A stretch of DNA of 63,664 bases, filler included, from Conidiobolus incongruus B7586 (Eukaryota): NCBI GenBank assembly GCA_000697335.1. It is 8 parts of 8 records of this genome, joined end to end, with 100 filler letters (N's around TTAATTAATTAA, not from the genome) between each part and the next. Parts side by side here need not be neighbours in the genome. Positions count along the whole stretch, not along the records: positions 8,060 to 16,969 come from JNEM01000155.1; positions 17,070 to 25,576 come from JNEM01000156.1; 6 more parts are not named here. One strand, 5' to 3'. The notes under the pieces were generated by a model that made no database searches, was not told where the DNA came from, and saw only the letters and a program-made list of their open reading frames with translations. A program made the translations under genes and the position numbers. Positions 11,468 through 22,827 of this stretch are shown here, one piece after another. Position 1 is the stretch's first letter. The number at the start of each line of letters is the position of its first letter.

Positions 11468-14400
11468 ATGAATTTCTTAAACCCAATCTCTGGTAGATTT
11501 ATCGACTTGCTCCAATTAAATAGCCAAAATTTTGGTCAACTAAATGCTCTGAGTTTGAATTTTGGGACTGATCATTACCAGTATATCACACTCAACTGGA
11601 AGGAATATTATAATATTGTTCAAGCTATGTCAATACAACTTATTAAATCAATTCACATTGAACCATGTATGAAACGTCCTGTTATAGGTGTACTAAGTAA
11701 CTCATCGTCTGAATACATTTTCTACACTCTGGCTTTCATGAATATTAATATTATTCCTCTTCATCTTTCCACAAGTATAAGTGAAGAGAGCTGTGTATCT
11801 CTTTTGGAGCAGGCAAAAGCATGTGGACTTATCTGCAGTGATGAATTTTATCAAACTGGGCGTAACATTCAGTTTAAAATTTCATATCCTTTCGAATTGT
11901 TAGCTTTGAAACCATTGAATTATTTATCAATGGTCAACTATTCAATCACTTTAGATGACCTGGATTTGCTGCTCAGCTATACAGCTCATTCCAATCAAAA
12001 GGACGAAGTAACTTATATTGTTCATTCCACGGGTTCTACTTCTTTACATCCTAAGCTCATTCCAATCTCTAATGCGGTGCTATTAGCTCAAACTGCTAGA
12101 GCCTTGTCAGATGCTCCTGTTTATCCAGAAACAGGTTCATGTCTTGTATTGCCACCTCTGTACCACACTGGCGGCCAACTCTTCCATTTACATCGTCCTA
12201 TTCGATGGGCTCAGCATATAATCTCACCACCCAACTTTAGTGGCCAAGTAATGGGAGGTACCATTCTTCTCGATTTATTACATCACATTAATTTTGACAG
12301 TGTTGTATGGCTTCCCAAATTGCTGGTCGAGCTCATTGATCATTGTAACTCCATTCCTCAAGCTAAAGGGTGGCAGCATCTTATCCAATGGAGAGGATTA
12401 AGCCAAGTAGGTGGAGCTGCACTTCCATCAGAGTATCGCACCCAACTCTTGGAGAGAGGAATGAAACTCCAACTGGTATTTGGATCAAGCGAAGTAGGCA
12501 TCTTTGGTTATTCCAATATTTTGTCTAATCCTGAAGACTGCAAATATCTTCATATATCTGATGAACTCAAGCATCACTGGGATGTCTATGAAGTTGATGA
12601 GGAAGTTTATGAACTAATTATTAAACGTGAAGAATCGGGCCTATTTAATCGTCAAGATAATTATCGTACTAAAGATCTTTTCAAAATCATTGAGTGGAAA
12701 CCTCGTGTTAAATGTGAATTTCATTCAAGGGCTGACGATGTTTTAATCCATGTTACTGGTGAAAAAACCAATCCTATTCCAATGGAAGATAAGTTGAATG
12801 AATGCAGTGTTATCAGAAGATGTGTTATTTTAGGGAAAAACCATACCTTGAACCATGTTATCATTGAGTTAGACTGGGATCAAGTAAAATTAAAAGGTAT
12901 AGAAAATGCGATGAATTTGCTCTACCAACAAATCAAGCTGGTGAACTCTACATGTCCTAGTCACTCGCGACTAGTCCCGAATTGTGTACATATTTTGAAA
13001 AAATGCGAGAAGATTTTGATATCCGTTAAAGGCAATGTTATAAGGCATGCCAATTTCAAAAAATTTCAAAATTTGATTACTGATATTCAAGTGGATTTAC
13101 CCCCCTCACCTCCTGAACCGATCTCGACTAGTCAAAGAGTTACTGAGATTGTCACAGAGACTTTAAACTTGTCTCAACCATTGAAACCTAATGAGGATTT
13201 TTTCAAATTAGGATTAGATTCTCTAACTAGTCTTGTTATTGTCAAAAAACTTCAGAAATGGTTTCCAGAAGTCCCTATAAATGTTAGTCACATTTATCAA
13301 TTCAAGAATATTGCGAATTTGACAAATTATTTGGACCGAAAGGTAGCAATATTGCAAGAATCTATAGACAACATTCAAAATAGAGTTGATTTATTGATTT
13401 CAAAATATACCTCCAGATTAGATCCTTATGCGCCTGTTTCTCAAAAACCCAATTCTTCTAATCGTACTATATTAGTAGTTGGAAGCAACGGTTCTTTAGC
13501 TTGTCACTACATTCATGCTCTGCTTCATCGATCTGATGTTGAAAAGGTTATTGGTCTTATGCGGGGGAAAGATTTCGAAGATAAATTAAGTCATCAAATT
13601 CTAATTATGCGGGAAAAAGGATTGATGATCAATGATCGTTCAATTAGCAAACTTCGTTGTTTCAGTGCAAATATGCTTCAACATAATTTCAACCTCCCTG
13701 ATTCCATATTCAATAACCTTCTTACTCATGTAACTGAAGTTGTACAAGTAGGATGGCGTATGAATTTCCTCAATACTTTGGAAGATTTTGAAGATTGTAT
13801 CGAGATAACATCTAACTTGCTTGAATTCTGTATGATAAATCCAAAAAATCCAAAAGCTTTCCAATTCGTATCTACTATTGCCCCTACTATACCAACTTAT
13901 AGAGAAGAATATAATGGCGTGATACCTGAAATCCCAACTTCCGGTCAAATCACAAATTTAGTAGGATGCACTGGTTATGGATTATCTAAGCTTGTTAGCG
14001 AACAAATATGTTATCATGTAGCCAAAACAAAAGGACTATCAGTTAAAGTTTTCAGAGTAGGTGAATTAAGTGGTGATCAGATTTTAGGACAATGGAATGT
14101 CAAAGAATTTTTACCACTCTTAATTAGAACAATTATCAAGCTGAAATCCTATCCAAATTTGAGCTCTAAATCCATTAGTTGGGTACCAATCGATCTTGCA
14201 GGTAAATGTTTGGCAGATTTAGGACGTATCCAAACTCAAAATGCTCAATTATTCTGCATTGTCAATCCTCAGAAATCTCACTGGAATTCTGTATTAGAAT
14301 ACATTCAATCTCAGTTGGGAATTCAATTAAATCAAATTAGTTTACCTGATTTTTTGAAACTTCTAAAACAATCAACCTCACTTCAATCAGATGAAATTGA

Positions 14401-14581
14401 TTTGGTTCAAGGACTTGAGCAATTCATTGATGATTACTTAAGTGAAGCTGATAATCATATTAGGTGGGATATATCCAAATCTTATGAAGCTTCAATTTAT
14501 ATAAAGCAATGCCCATCTATCGACCACTCATTATTATCAAAATATTTTAGTTACTGGAATCAAATTCGATACCTTCACTAA
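11468..14581 (+). CDS. NRPS-like carboxylic acid reductase (adenylation-thiolation-thioester reductase, A-T-R)
   Basis: Intronless ORF, first ATG at 11468. A-domain P-loop HSTGSTSLHPK, FGSSE, YRTKDLF and RADDVLIHVTGEKTNP. Carrier domain FFKLGLDSL (phosphopantetheine Ser). Reductase domain VVGSNGSLA and GYGLSK (YxxxK). Confidence 0.92.
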   Translation: MNFLNPISGRFIDLLQLNSQNFGQLNALSLNFGTDHYQYITLNWKEYYNIVQAMSIQLIKSIHIEPCMKRPVIGVLSNSSSEYIFYTLAFMNINIIPLHLSTSISEESCVSLLEQAKACGLICSDEFYQTGRNIQFKISYPFELLALKPLNYLSMVNYSITLDDLDLLLSYTAHSNQKDEVTYIVHSTGSTSLHPKLIPISNAVLLAQTARALSDAPVYPETGSCLVLPPLYHTGGQLFHLHRPIRWAQHIISPPNFSGQVMGGTILLDLLHHINFDSVVWLPKLLVELIDHCNSIPQAKGWQHLIQWRGLSQVGGAALPSEYRTQLLERGMKLQLVFGSSEVGIFGYSNILSNPEDCKYLHISDELKHHWDVYEVDEEVYELIIKREESGLFNRQDNYRTKDLFKIIEWKPRVKCEFHSRADDVLIHVTGEKTNPIPMEDKLNECSVIRRCVILGKNHTLNHVIIELDWDQVKLKGIENAMNLLYQQIKLVNSTCPSHSRLVPNCVHILKKCEKILISVKGNVIRHANFKKFQNLITDIQVDLPPSPPEPISTSQRVTEIVTETLNLSQPLKPNEDFFKLGLDSLTSLVIVKKLQKWFPEVPINVSHIYQFKNIANLTNYLDRKVAILQESIDNIQNRVDLLISKYTSRLDPYAPVSQKPNSSNRTILVVGSNGSLACHYIHALLHRSDVEKVIGLMRGKDFEDKLSHQILIMREKGLMINDRSISKLRCFSANMLQHNFNLPDSIFNNLLTHVTEVVQVGWRMNFLNTLEDFEDCIEITSNLLEFCMINPKNPKAFQFVSTIAPTIPTYREEYNGVIPEIPTSGQITNLVGCTGYGLSKLVSEQICYHVAKTKGLSVKVFRVGELSGDQILGQWNVKEFLPLLIRTIIKLKSYPNLSSKSISWVPIDLAGKCLADLGRIQTQNAQLFCIVNPQKSHWNSVLEYIQSQLGIQLNQISLPDFLKLLKQSTSLQSDEIDLVQGLEQFIDDYLSEADNHIRWDISKSYEASIYIKQCPSIDHSLLSKYFSYWNQIRYLH

Positions 14582-15588
14582 ATCAATACTATAAAAACTA
14601 TCTTGCTAAATTTTATAAGTTTAATGAATTATCGATTATGATAAATCTATAAAAATATTCGATACACAATTTATCTTTTATTAATATTTTATTCCCAATA
14701 TTATGAGCTTTAAAATTATCTCAATTTGTATTCCAAAAAAATAATACTTCGAATTTCAGATTATTATACATGGACTATTATCAAAAATATAGTGTTTAAT
14801 AATTGATAAACTATTATTAATATTATAATATTTAACATAATATAATGTGATATAAATCAATTCAAATCATTTTTTAATCATAAATTGATTTATTATATTT
14901 ATAATCTTTAAAAATTTCTAATATAAAATTATGTTTTTTGTTAAAATTTTAAATTTACTTCAATATATAAAGGAACAGTAGTAATATACTTTTCTATTTA
15001 GAAAATTAAATAATAATTTTTAGTTTTTTAATATATTATAAAAATATTTAATTTGATATTGACAACCTTTCAAGTTTTCAATTATTAGTTAGAAAAAAAA
15101 TGGTAATTTTTTAAATTTCTGATATTTCAACTATATTATTAATATCAAAAATTAAATTATATTCAAATAAATGATAAAATTGATAAATTTATAATATACA
15201 TATATATTTTAATCTTATTTCTTCAAATATAATTATTCTAATATAATTTTTAAATTTATTATTCCTAGATATAATAATAATTATCATAAGTTACTTATTT
15301 TGGTATTAATTAAATCCAACCACAAATTTTTTAAAATTATTTAAGGTCTTTCAAGCATCTTATAAAGGTAAATTTTTATTTAAAATTGCTATTTATCTGT
15401 TTATTTATTTTATCAAAATTAAAAAAGATTTAATTAATAATTTATTAAAATATAAATAACTAATTTTAATTATCACTCTTTATTTTTTATTAAATAATAA
15501 ATATGTTTATTATATTATTAAATAATTTTTGAAATTTAATAATAATAATAAAGATATATTATATATTAAAATTCAAAATTAGTTTATC

Positions 15589-16855
15589 TATTATTATAAA
15601 ACTGAAAATAAGGGAAATTCTTTAATTTCTGATTTTTCAAATTTATTATTATTTTTAAATAAAAAAATATATAGAAAACAAATAAGAAAAATAAATAGTT
15701 TTAAATTATATATAATAATTTTTTTGAATAAAAAAATAATTTTTTAAAATTAGTTATTTAATTCAATTATATTTCAATTAAATAATAATTATCAAAAGTT
15801 TTTTATTTTAATATTAATAAAACTAAATTATAAACCCTCTAAAATTATTTAAAATATATAAATAATATTTAGTAATAGAATATTATCTAAATTAATAATT
15901 TATCACTAAATAAACTATTTTAGGGTTAAAGAAAAAACTATTTAAAACTTGCTAAAATCTAAAAAGTTAGTTTTAATTAATACTCTTTATATTATTAATA
16001 CAATAAAAATATATATTGAAAAATATCTTTTTATTCCAGTTAGAGAATTATTAAAATATTTTAATATTAATCATATAACTATTCTATATATATTAAAGTT
16101 TAAAGTAAAATCAATTGATAAATATATAAAATAAATACCTTATAATTTAATTCAAGCTTAAAAAAAGCTAAAATAGCTATTATTAAATAAATCTTACTAA
16201 AGTATAGCTAGATACCAAGGTTTTTATTACAAATTATTATAATTGATGGATTTTAGATCCCTTTATATAATCCTTTACAAAAATATTAATGAAGTTATTA
16301 GATTAAGTTAAATTAACATTTTTTATAAATTTATTTAAATAACCATTATATTAATAAGTAAATTTCTATTATTATAATAGATTTTAATAACATATGTTAT
16401 TTTTATTCAGTTTTTAAAGGAAAATCAATTAATAATAATCTTTATATTTTTTTAAATAAAATTATTTTTAATTGGTATTTTTAAAATAATTTAAAAACTT
16501 ACTATTTTGTATTAAAATTATAAAATATATAAAATTAAAAAAAAAACTTTCTAATTAAAAATAACTAGAAAAAACTACCATATCTAATATATGCTTTAAA
16601 TTATAACCTAGGTGATTAAAATTGTTTTATATTATTTTAAAAACTAGCTTATAAGGAAAAAAATTTTTATAAAAAATTTAATTAATTTATAAATTATCAA
16701 ATTTTAGTCTTCAATAAAAAGAATTATTTTTTAGATTTCAAAACTTTATTAAAAATATAGCAAAAAGTTATTAAATATAAATGAAATTATTAATTTTATA
16801 TAAAGAAATTTTTTTAATAATAAAAAATTCCCATTATTTAAATCAAAAAATAATA
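15589..16855 (+). mobile_element. Full-length degenerate mariner transposon (~1.27 kb), copy 1
   Basis: Stop-riddled transposase ~15760-16790: HTH (IYH*INYFR...NLLKSKKL = W..F...D.PRSGRP), K*IPYNLIQA*KK (WVPHELT..QK, 16129-16167), QIIIIDGF*IPLYNP (IVTGDE.W..YNP), LPYLIYALNYNLGD (LPHPPYSPD..PSD), KTSL*GKKF, *QKVIKY. Degenerate inverted ends at ~15589-15620 and ~16824-16855. Confidence 0.8.
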
Positions 16856-19800
16856 AAATAAATATAAAATAAAAGATTTATAATTAAACAAATACTTTTA
16901 AAAATGAATAAAACTAAAAAGAATTAATTAAAATCAAAATAAAAACAAAAGCTTTAATATTAATTAATANNNNNNNNNNNNNNNNNNNNNNNNNNNNNNN
17001 NNNNNNNNNNNNNTTAATTAATTAANNNNNNNNNNNNNNNNNNNNNNNNNNNNNNNNNNNNNNNNNNNNAAATATATTAGTTTTATATTAATTAAATCTC
17101 TTTGGGAAGTTAAAAATAAGAAATATTTTGTTATTATAATAATTTAAAGAATGTAATAAGCAATTATTATATATTATATTTTATATTAAAAAAATTTAAA
17201 ATAGTTTTTTATTGACTATGGGTAAAATATCAAATTTTCTAAATATAGAATAGCATACAATTAATTAATAAACTCAAAAAAGTTATATGATATTGAAATT
17301 CAGCAAATTGATTAATAAATTGATTTAATGAGGATTAATAAAACCATAAAATCAATTCTAATTAATAAAAGTTAAAATATTATAAATGATTTGAAAATAA
17401 AGAATTTAATTTTATATTATTAAATATTAAGGTTTTAAGTCGATAATATTAAATATAAAAGAATTATTCAATCAAAAAATTTTTATATATTTAAATAAAT
17501 AAAAGGTAATTTATAATATATAATATATAAAAAAATTATATATTCGGTTATAGTATTTGGATTTAAATTATTTGATCAGTTAATTAATACATTTAGAATA
17601 AAATAACGTCTAAAAATAATTAAAATAAAAGTATAAATTTATATTGAATTTTACATGATTTTATATAAAGAAAGCTTTAATAATGAAATTATAAATATTT
17701 AATATCAAATTATATATCTATAAAATATCAAATAAAACATTAGTTAAAAAATATGTAATAATCAAAAGAATTAATTTTTAAAAATTCATAAAAATATATT
17801 AAATATTATTATAATTTTTTAAAATACTGTTTTATACTCTTTGGTAAGTAAATAATTAATTATAAAATAGAATAGTAATAATTGATAATGATTAAAAATA
17901 TAAATATCAGAATATTTCAATAAGCAATGTTAATTTAGTAATTTATTAAAAATAGTCATTTTATTGGAAACTATAAATTATAATGTATTTTAAACTTTAT
18001 ATGTATGAGAAGATTAAAATATAATTCAATAAAAAATTATCAACGTATATATTTTATTTTGAATAATGATTTATCTAAAATAAAATATTGAGTCTAAATA
18101 TATATCATAAAGAGTCACGACTTTATAGCTAATCAATAACATTAATATAATAAATATGATTATTTAATATATTTATGGTTAAAAATATTAAAAATATATA
18201 TTCAAAAATAATTAATAATTTTATATAAATTGTTGGAAAGAAAATATTATTATAAATTATATGATTAATATTGGTAGAGTTATTATTTTTGATATAAAAA
18301 ATTATTCTAGTAGTTTAAGTTTTTGAATATATAATCAAATATTGATTGATTTGTATTATTTAAAATATTTAAAATATTTGAAATATTAAAATTATTTGAT
18401 TTGGTATTCAAATGAAATAAAATTATGAGCTTTAATTAATAAAAATTAATATATGGTTAATTGAGAAAAGCTCAAATAAATATATAAACAGTTTATGAAT
18501 CATCAATATGGTGAAAATTAAATAGTTATATCAAATCTTTATTAATATTTAATAAACCAGATTCAGTATATTTTATAATGGGTGTTAACTATTATTAATT
18601 AATAAAGCACAAAAATGTTATAATATTTAGTAAATAAAAGTTAAAATTAACCGAATATGATGAATTGATGCTATAATAATATACGTTGTTTGGATTTAGT
18701 AAAAGATCAAAAAATTCATATATGGATAATATTGGTTAATAAATGCAGGGCATGCTTATTATTTTATACTTATATAACTCGAAATATATTTTCAACATAG
18801 GATGAATATAAAAAAATTTTGAACTCTGATTTTCTTTTACCAAATGATAAAAAAATTTGCAGATTATTTTTAATGGTTAAGGGTATTATTAAATTAATTA
18901 GGATAAAAACTATAGAGACAAATCTTATAAAATAAAAATTGTTGTTGCAAATTTAAAGTATCATAATGATATCAAGGTAAAACATCATAATCTCATCAAT
19001 TCTAATAAAATATTATTAATTGGAATCCTAGATAGCAATTTTAAAAATAATATTTTAGGGTAATAACAAACAAATGGCGACATTGGTCAAAATTACTAAA
19101 AGTTGTAATATTGATATGAGTACATGTACAATTAATCATTTACAACATCAAATTGAATATGTATCAACTGTCATGAGGGTAATTTTACCAATTAACACAA
19201 TATGATCACCAGCTAGTTTTAGAATAACAATATTATGATAATATTAAATTGAGTGAAATGATTCAGATCCATCCTCAATAATCAGTTTAGAATAGTAACA
19301 AATTTAAAATCCACAACCATTAGAGTCGATTTCATTTACTTCCATTACTATAAACTGCTTAGTTAATTGACTTGATAAGAGTCATAAAGTTGTGGAATTT
19401 CATTAATATATTTCCTTATTATTAAGTGATCATTGATTATTAGTATCTTAAAAATAAGCTATTATTTTATATTAGATATCCAAGCAGATCAATGAATAGA
19501 TTTAATAAACTTATTATTTTATTATAGATTTAAAAGATTGAAAAATTTACTATTGGATCAATGTATATAATTCTAAGTTCGAAATATACTAATTTCAATT
19601 TTCATATTATTTATATATGTTGATGGGTATAATCCAAATTAAATAAAAAGTTGACTGCTTTCAAAAGCTTAAATTTGATTGGTCCATTTCAAATTATAAA
19701 GATATAACTCAAATTTTAATTGCCAATGTCATAGGAACACCAACAGAATCCAACAATTGCAATCAATTTATAATGTTTTATAATTCTGAAAGTGGTAATA

Positions 19801-20525
19801 AGGTCACCAGTGAATTAGGATGATTAGCATACAGATGCTAATGATGAATGTTAATATTAAAAGATTCTTAATACCATTGTATAGTATAATGATATGTGGA
19901 TGCTATTATAATACAGTCATTTGTAAAAGGAATTAATGAATGGATAATGTAGTGTTGTGATGAAAATATTCTCATGTGAGTGAATTAAAATTTAAATGAT
20001 CCATCAATAACAAAAAAGTCTTAATTATTATTTGATTATTTTTAAATATTTTTTATTTCATCAATTTATTAGATTTCAAGTGCTTAAAAATTGTATTTGA
20101 TTTCATTGACATATGAAACTCTTTTACTCTGTCAGTTGAATAATATTGATGCATTAAATATCTGAAAGATGGTTAATTATCAATCGATTTTAAAATATGC
20201 ATTATATATTATCCAGATGAACCAATAAACCTTGAAATAAATTGGATTATTTGACTAAAAATTGTACTTAGTAATATGATTGTATTTGATTAGTGGCTGG
20301 ATCATTATATTTCCCATAGTTTGGAAAATAGTCCAAATTCAAATGGATATAAATGGTGGGACGAATCAAAGTTGACAATTTACCAAACTTCAACGTAATC
20401 AAATTAAAAAAAGTCAAAAGATAACCCTTAACCCTTTTCTTTTTTTAATAGCTATCTTCACCCTCCAACAGTATATATTTACTAATAATTAATTAGTTCA
20501 TCTCAAGTTCTGTATTTAGTTCATT

Positions 20526-21413
20526 ATGCCCGCTCCCAAAGACGCTCCTTTACCTTTTTCCTACCAGTTTATTGCTGGAGGTATTGCTGGTGTTTCTGAA
20601 ATCGTTGCTATGTATCCCCTTGACGTCGTCAAGACACGTTTCCAACTCCAAGTCGGTGGCAAAGGTGAATACACTGGTATTTGGGACTGTTTAAGCAAAA
20701 TTGTTAAGAACGAAGGTGTTGGTCGTTTGTATCGTGGTGTGCTTCCCCCTATCTTTATTGAAGCTCCTAAGCGTGCTATTAAGTTCGCCGCTTTTGAAGA
20801 GTACAAGACTCTCTACAAGAACTTCAGCTCTGAAAAGAAGTTGACTCAACCTCTCCTCACCCTTGCAGCTATTAGTGCTGGTGTCACAGAAGCTACTATT
20901 GTGGTTCCTTTCGATCTTATTAAGATTCGTATGCAAGATAAAGCGAATGCTAGCAAATATCTCAACACTACCGATTGTTTCATGAAGATTGTCCGCCAAG
21001 AAGGACCCTTAGCCCTCTTTAATGGTATTGAAAGTACCTGGTGGCGTCATGGTACCTGGACTGGTCTCTATTTCTCTTGTATTGGTCAAATTAAATCCCT
21101 CTTGCCCAAGCCCAAGAACTCTTCTGAAGCCCTTGGTGTCAACTTCGTTGCTGGTGCAATTGGTGGCACTATTGGTACTATTGCAAACACTCCCTTCGAT
21201 GTCGTCAAGACTAGAATCCAGAACCAAGTTAAGGGTCAACCTCAGAAATACAAGTGGACTATTCCCAGTACTTACCTCGTCTATAAGGAAGAAGGCTTCA
21301 AGGCCTTGTATAAGGGATTTGCTCCCAAGGTCCTTAGATTGGGTCCCGGTGGTGGTATTCTTTTAGTCGTTTTCGATATCGTTTCCAACTATATGAGAGA
21401 GCACTTTATGTAA
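20526..21413 (+). CDS. ODC1: Mitochondrial 2-oxodicarboxylate carrier (ODC1/ODC2, SLC25A21-like)
   Basis: 295-aa intronless ORF with three PxDxxKxR carrier repeats and ODC-typical LPFSYQF, EAPKRAIKF, WRHGTW and VLRLGPGGG. Confidence 0.93.
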   Translation: MPAPKDAPLPFSYQFIAGGIAGVSEIVAMYPLDVVKTRFQLQVGGKGEYTGIWDCLSKIVKNEGVGRLYRGVLPPIFIEAPKRAIKFAAFEEYKTLYKNFSSEKKLTQPLLTLAAISAGVTEATIVVPFDLIKIRMQDKANASKYLNTTDCFMKIVRQEGPLALFNGIESTWWRHGTWTGLYFSCIGQIKSLLPKPKNSSEALGVNFVAGAIGGTIGTIANTPFDVVKTRIQNQVKGQPQKYKWTIPSTYLVYKEEGFKALYKGFAPKVLRLGPGGGILLVVFDIVSNYMREHFM

Positions 21414-21597
21414 TTGAACAATCTTTAAACATTAATAATGAATTAAATGAAAGTTTAAAATAATAATCATTATGAGTCATATTCAATCACTTATTTCAAT
21501 ATTATACAATAATGAGGTATATTATTAACAACTGTTCAATTTAGATAGACATGCGCACGATAATATAAGTAGTAAGTTTTATTAATAAAATAATCAC

Positions 21598-22827
21598 TCA
21601 ACTGGGAGGAGTTTGATTTCGTGTACTAAAGTTATTATCTTCATCTCCAATGCCAGCAACATCGTTCAGATTATCAGCAGCAGTAGTATTGTTAGGATTA
21701 GGTTTCAAGTTTAAGTCAAAGAATTTAGGATAGGTGAAATGGTTCAAAATTATTTTTCTAGTTTGCTCCAATATGAACTTTTCCACTTTATCAACATTTT
21801 TTAACACTATCATATAAGTTTATAGGTTTATAATTTGTTAATTTATAGATTTGATATTTATTACCTTGTTTTGATGGGTCGCCAATTTCACTTTCAATTT
21901 TCAAATTTTTCAAAAGTTGATAACTATGAAATTTAAAACATTTTAGTACATTTAATATATCTAATTTTACATTTCAAATTACTTCAAATTCACTTTGGCA
22001 TCGTTTACACTATTTGACCAATTTAAAAACTCGTCCCCAGACCCCAAATTAAATTGGTTATGATAATAGTTACTAATTAATATTTCATCAAACAGTGTAA
22101 ATTTGACCTGTTTAGATTGATTCAAATAAATAATAAGGAAATTTGTATTAAATTGGAATCCTGTTATCTTGAATTTTAAAGGTAGTTTCATGAAGTTGGC
22201 TATGGGAAGATTCAAGTCAATTTCAGTTTCAATTGTGAAAGATATATTGCCATCATATTCCAGTGAAAAAAGTAGTTGAATGTCCTCATCTGATTTGGAT
22301 GGAAGGTGGTGATGATTGCTCGATGAATGACCATGAATACTTTCATCTTGTATCCTGTGGGGAAAGTGTGACGTTGATGGTGACACTCTGTGTGACAGTT
22401 GCTGATGAGGTGTATAAGATTGATGGTAATTTGAAGAGTGAGTTTGTACATACGGTGGATCATCATTTTCGAGGTCACTATCAACATCCATTTCCATCTC
22501 TAATTGAGTAGCTGCCAAGTGGCGATTCAAAAGAGCGTTGGCCTGGTCTATAGGGAAATCCATCTGACTGTTACCATCCAAAGTCTCATCCTCATCATCT
22601 AAACTGTTGTCCCAAGGAGCTTGTCCCATATAAAAATAGGGAAAAGGCTCCATCATGTCTTTTAAAACAATATTGGGGGGAACATTACCCAAGTTGAGAT
22701 TTTTTACAGTCATTGGACCCAACAATTTGGGCTTATTACTTAAATTTTCAAATTTTTTATTCAGAAAATCTTGTATAGTCTGAGTGTAGTTTTCTTTAAT
22801 TTTATCCCAATTAATATCAAACGACAT
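21598..22827 (-). CDS. MDM12: ERMES subunit Mdm12 (SMP domain), 3 exons
   Basis: Exons 22827-21983, 21923-21865 and 21806-21598 with GT-AG introns. N-terminus MSFDINW; spliced C-terminus LLKNLKIESEIGDPSKQVLKNVDKVEKF. Confidence 0.92.

Noticed and set aside
15949..16134. 61-aa ORF as an independent gene
   Set aside because: It is a stop-bounded piece of the mariner transposase HTH, ending at the mutated Trp of WVPHEL.
19690..19860. Yip1-like peptide LIAIVGFCWCSY on the minus strand
   Set aside because: Single short hydrophobic match without supporting flanking motifs.
20420..20440. Telomere-like TAACCCTTAACCCT upstream of ODC
   Set aside because: Only two 7-nt units; too short to call an interstitial telomere or Tbf1 site.
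20561..21366. Overlapping antisense and alternate-frame ORFs inside ODC (also inside GMC, KRE6, MDM12, SNRNP27 and CYS3)
   Set aside because: Shadow ORFs caused by codon bias of real genes; no recognisable motifs.
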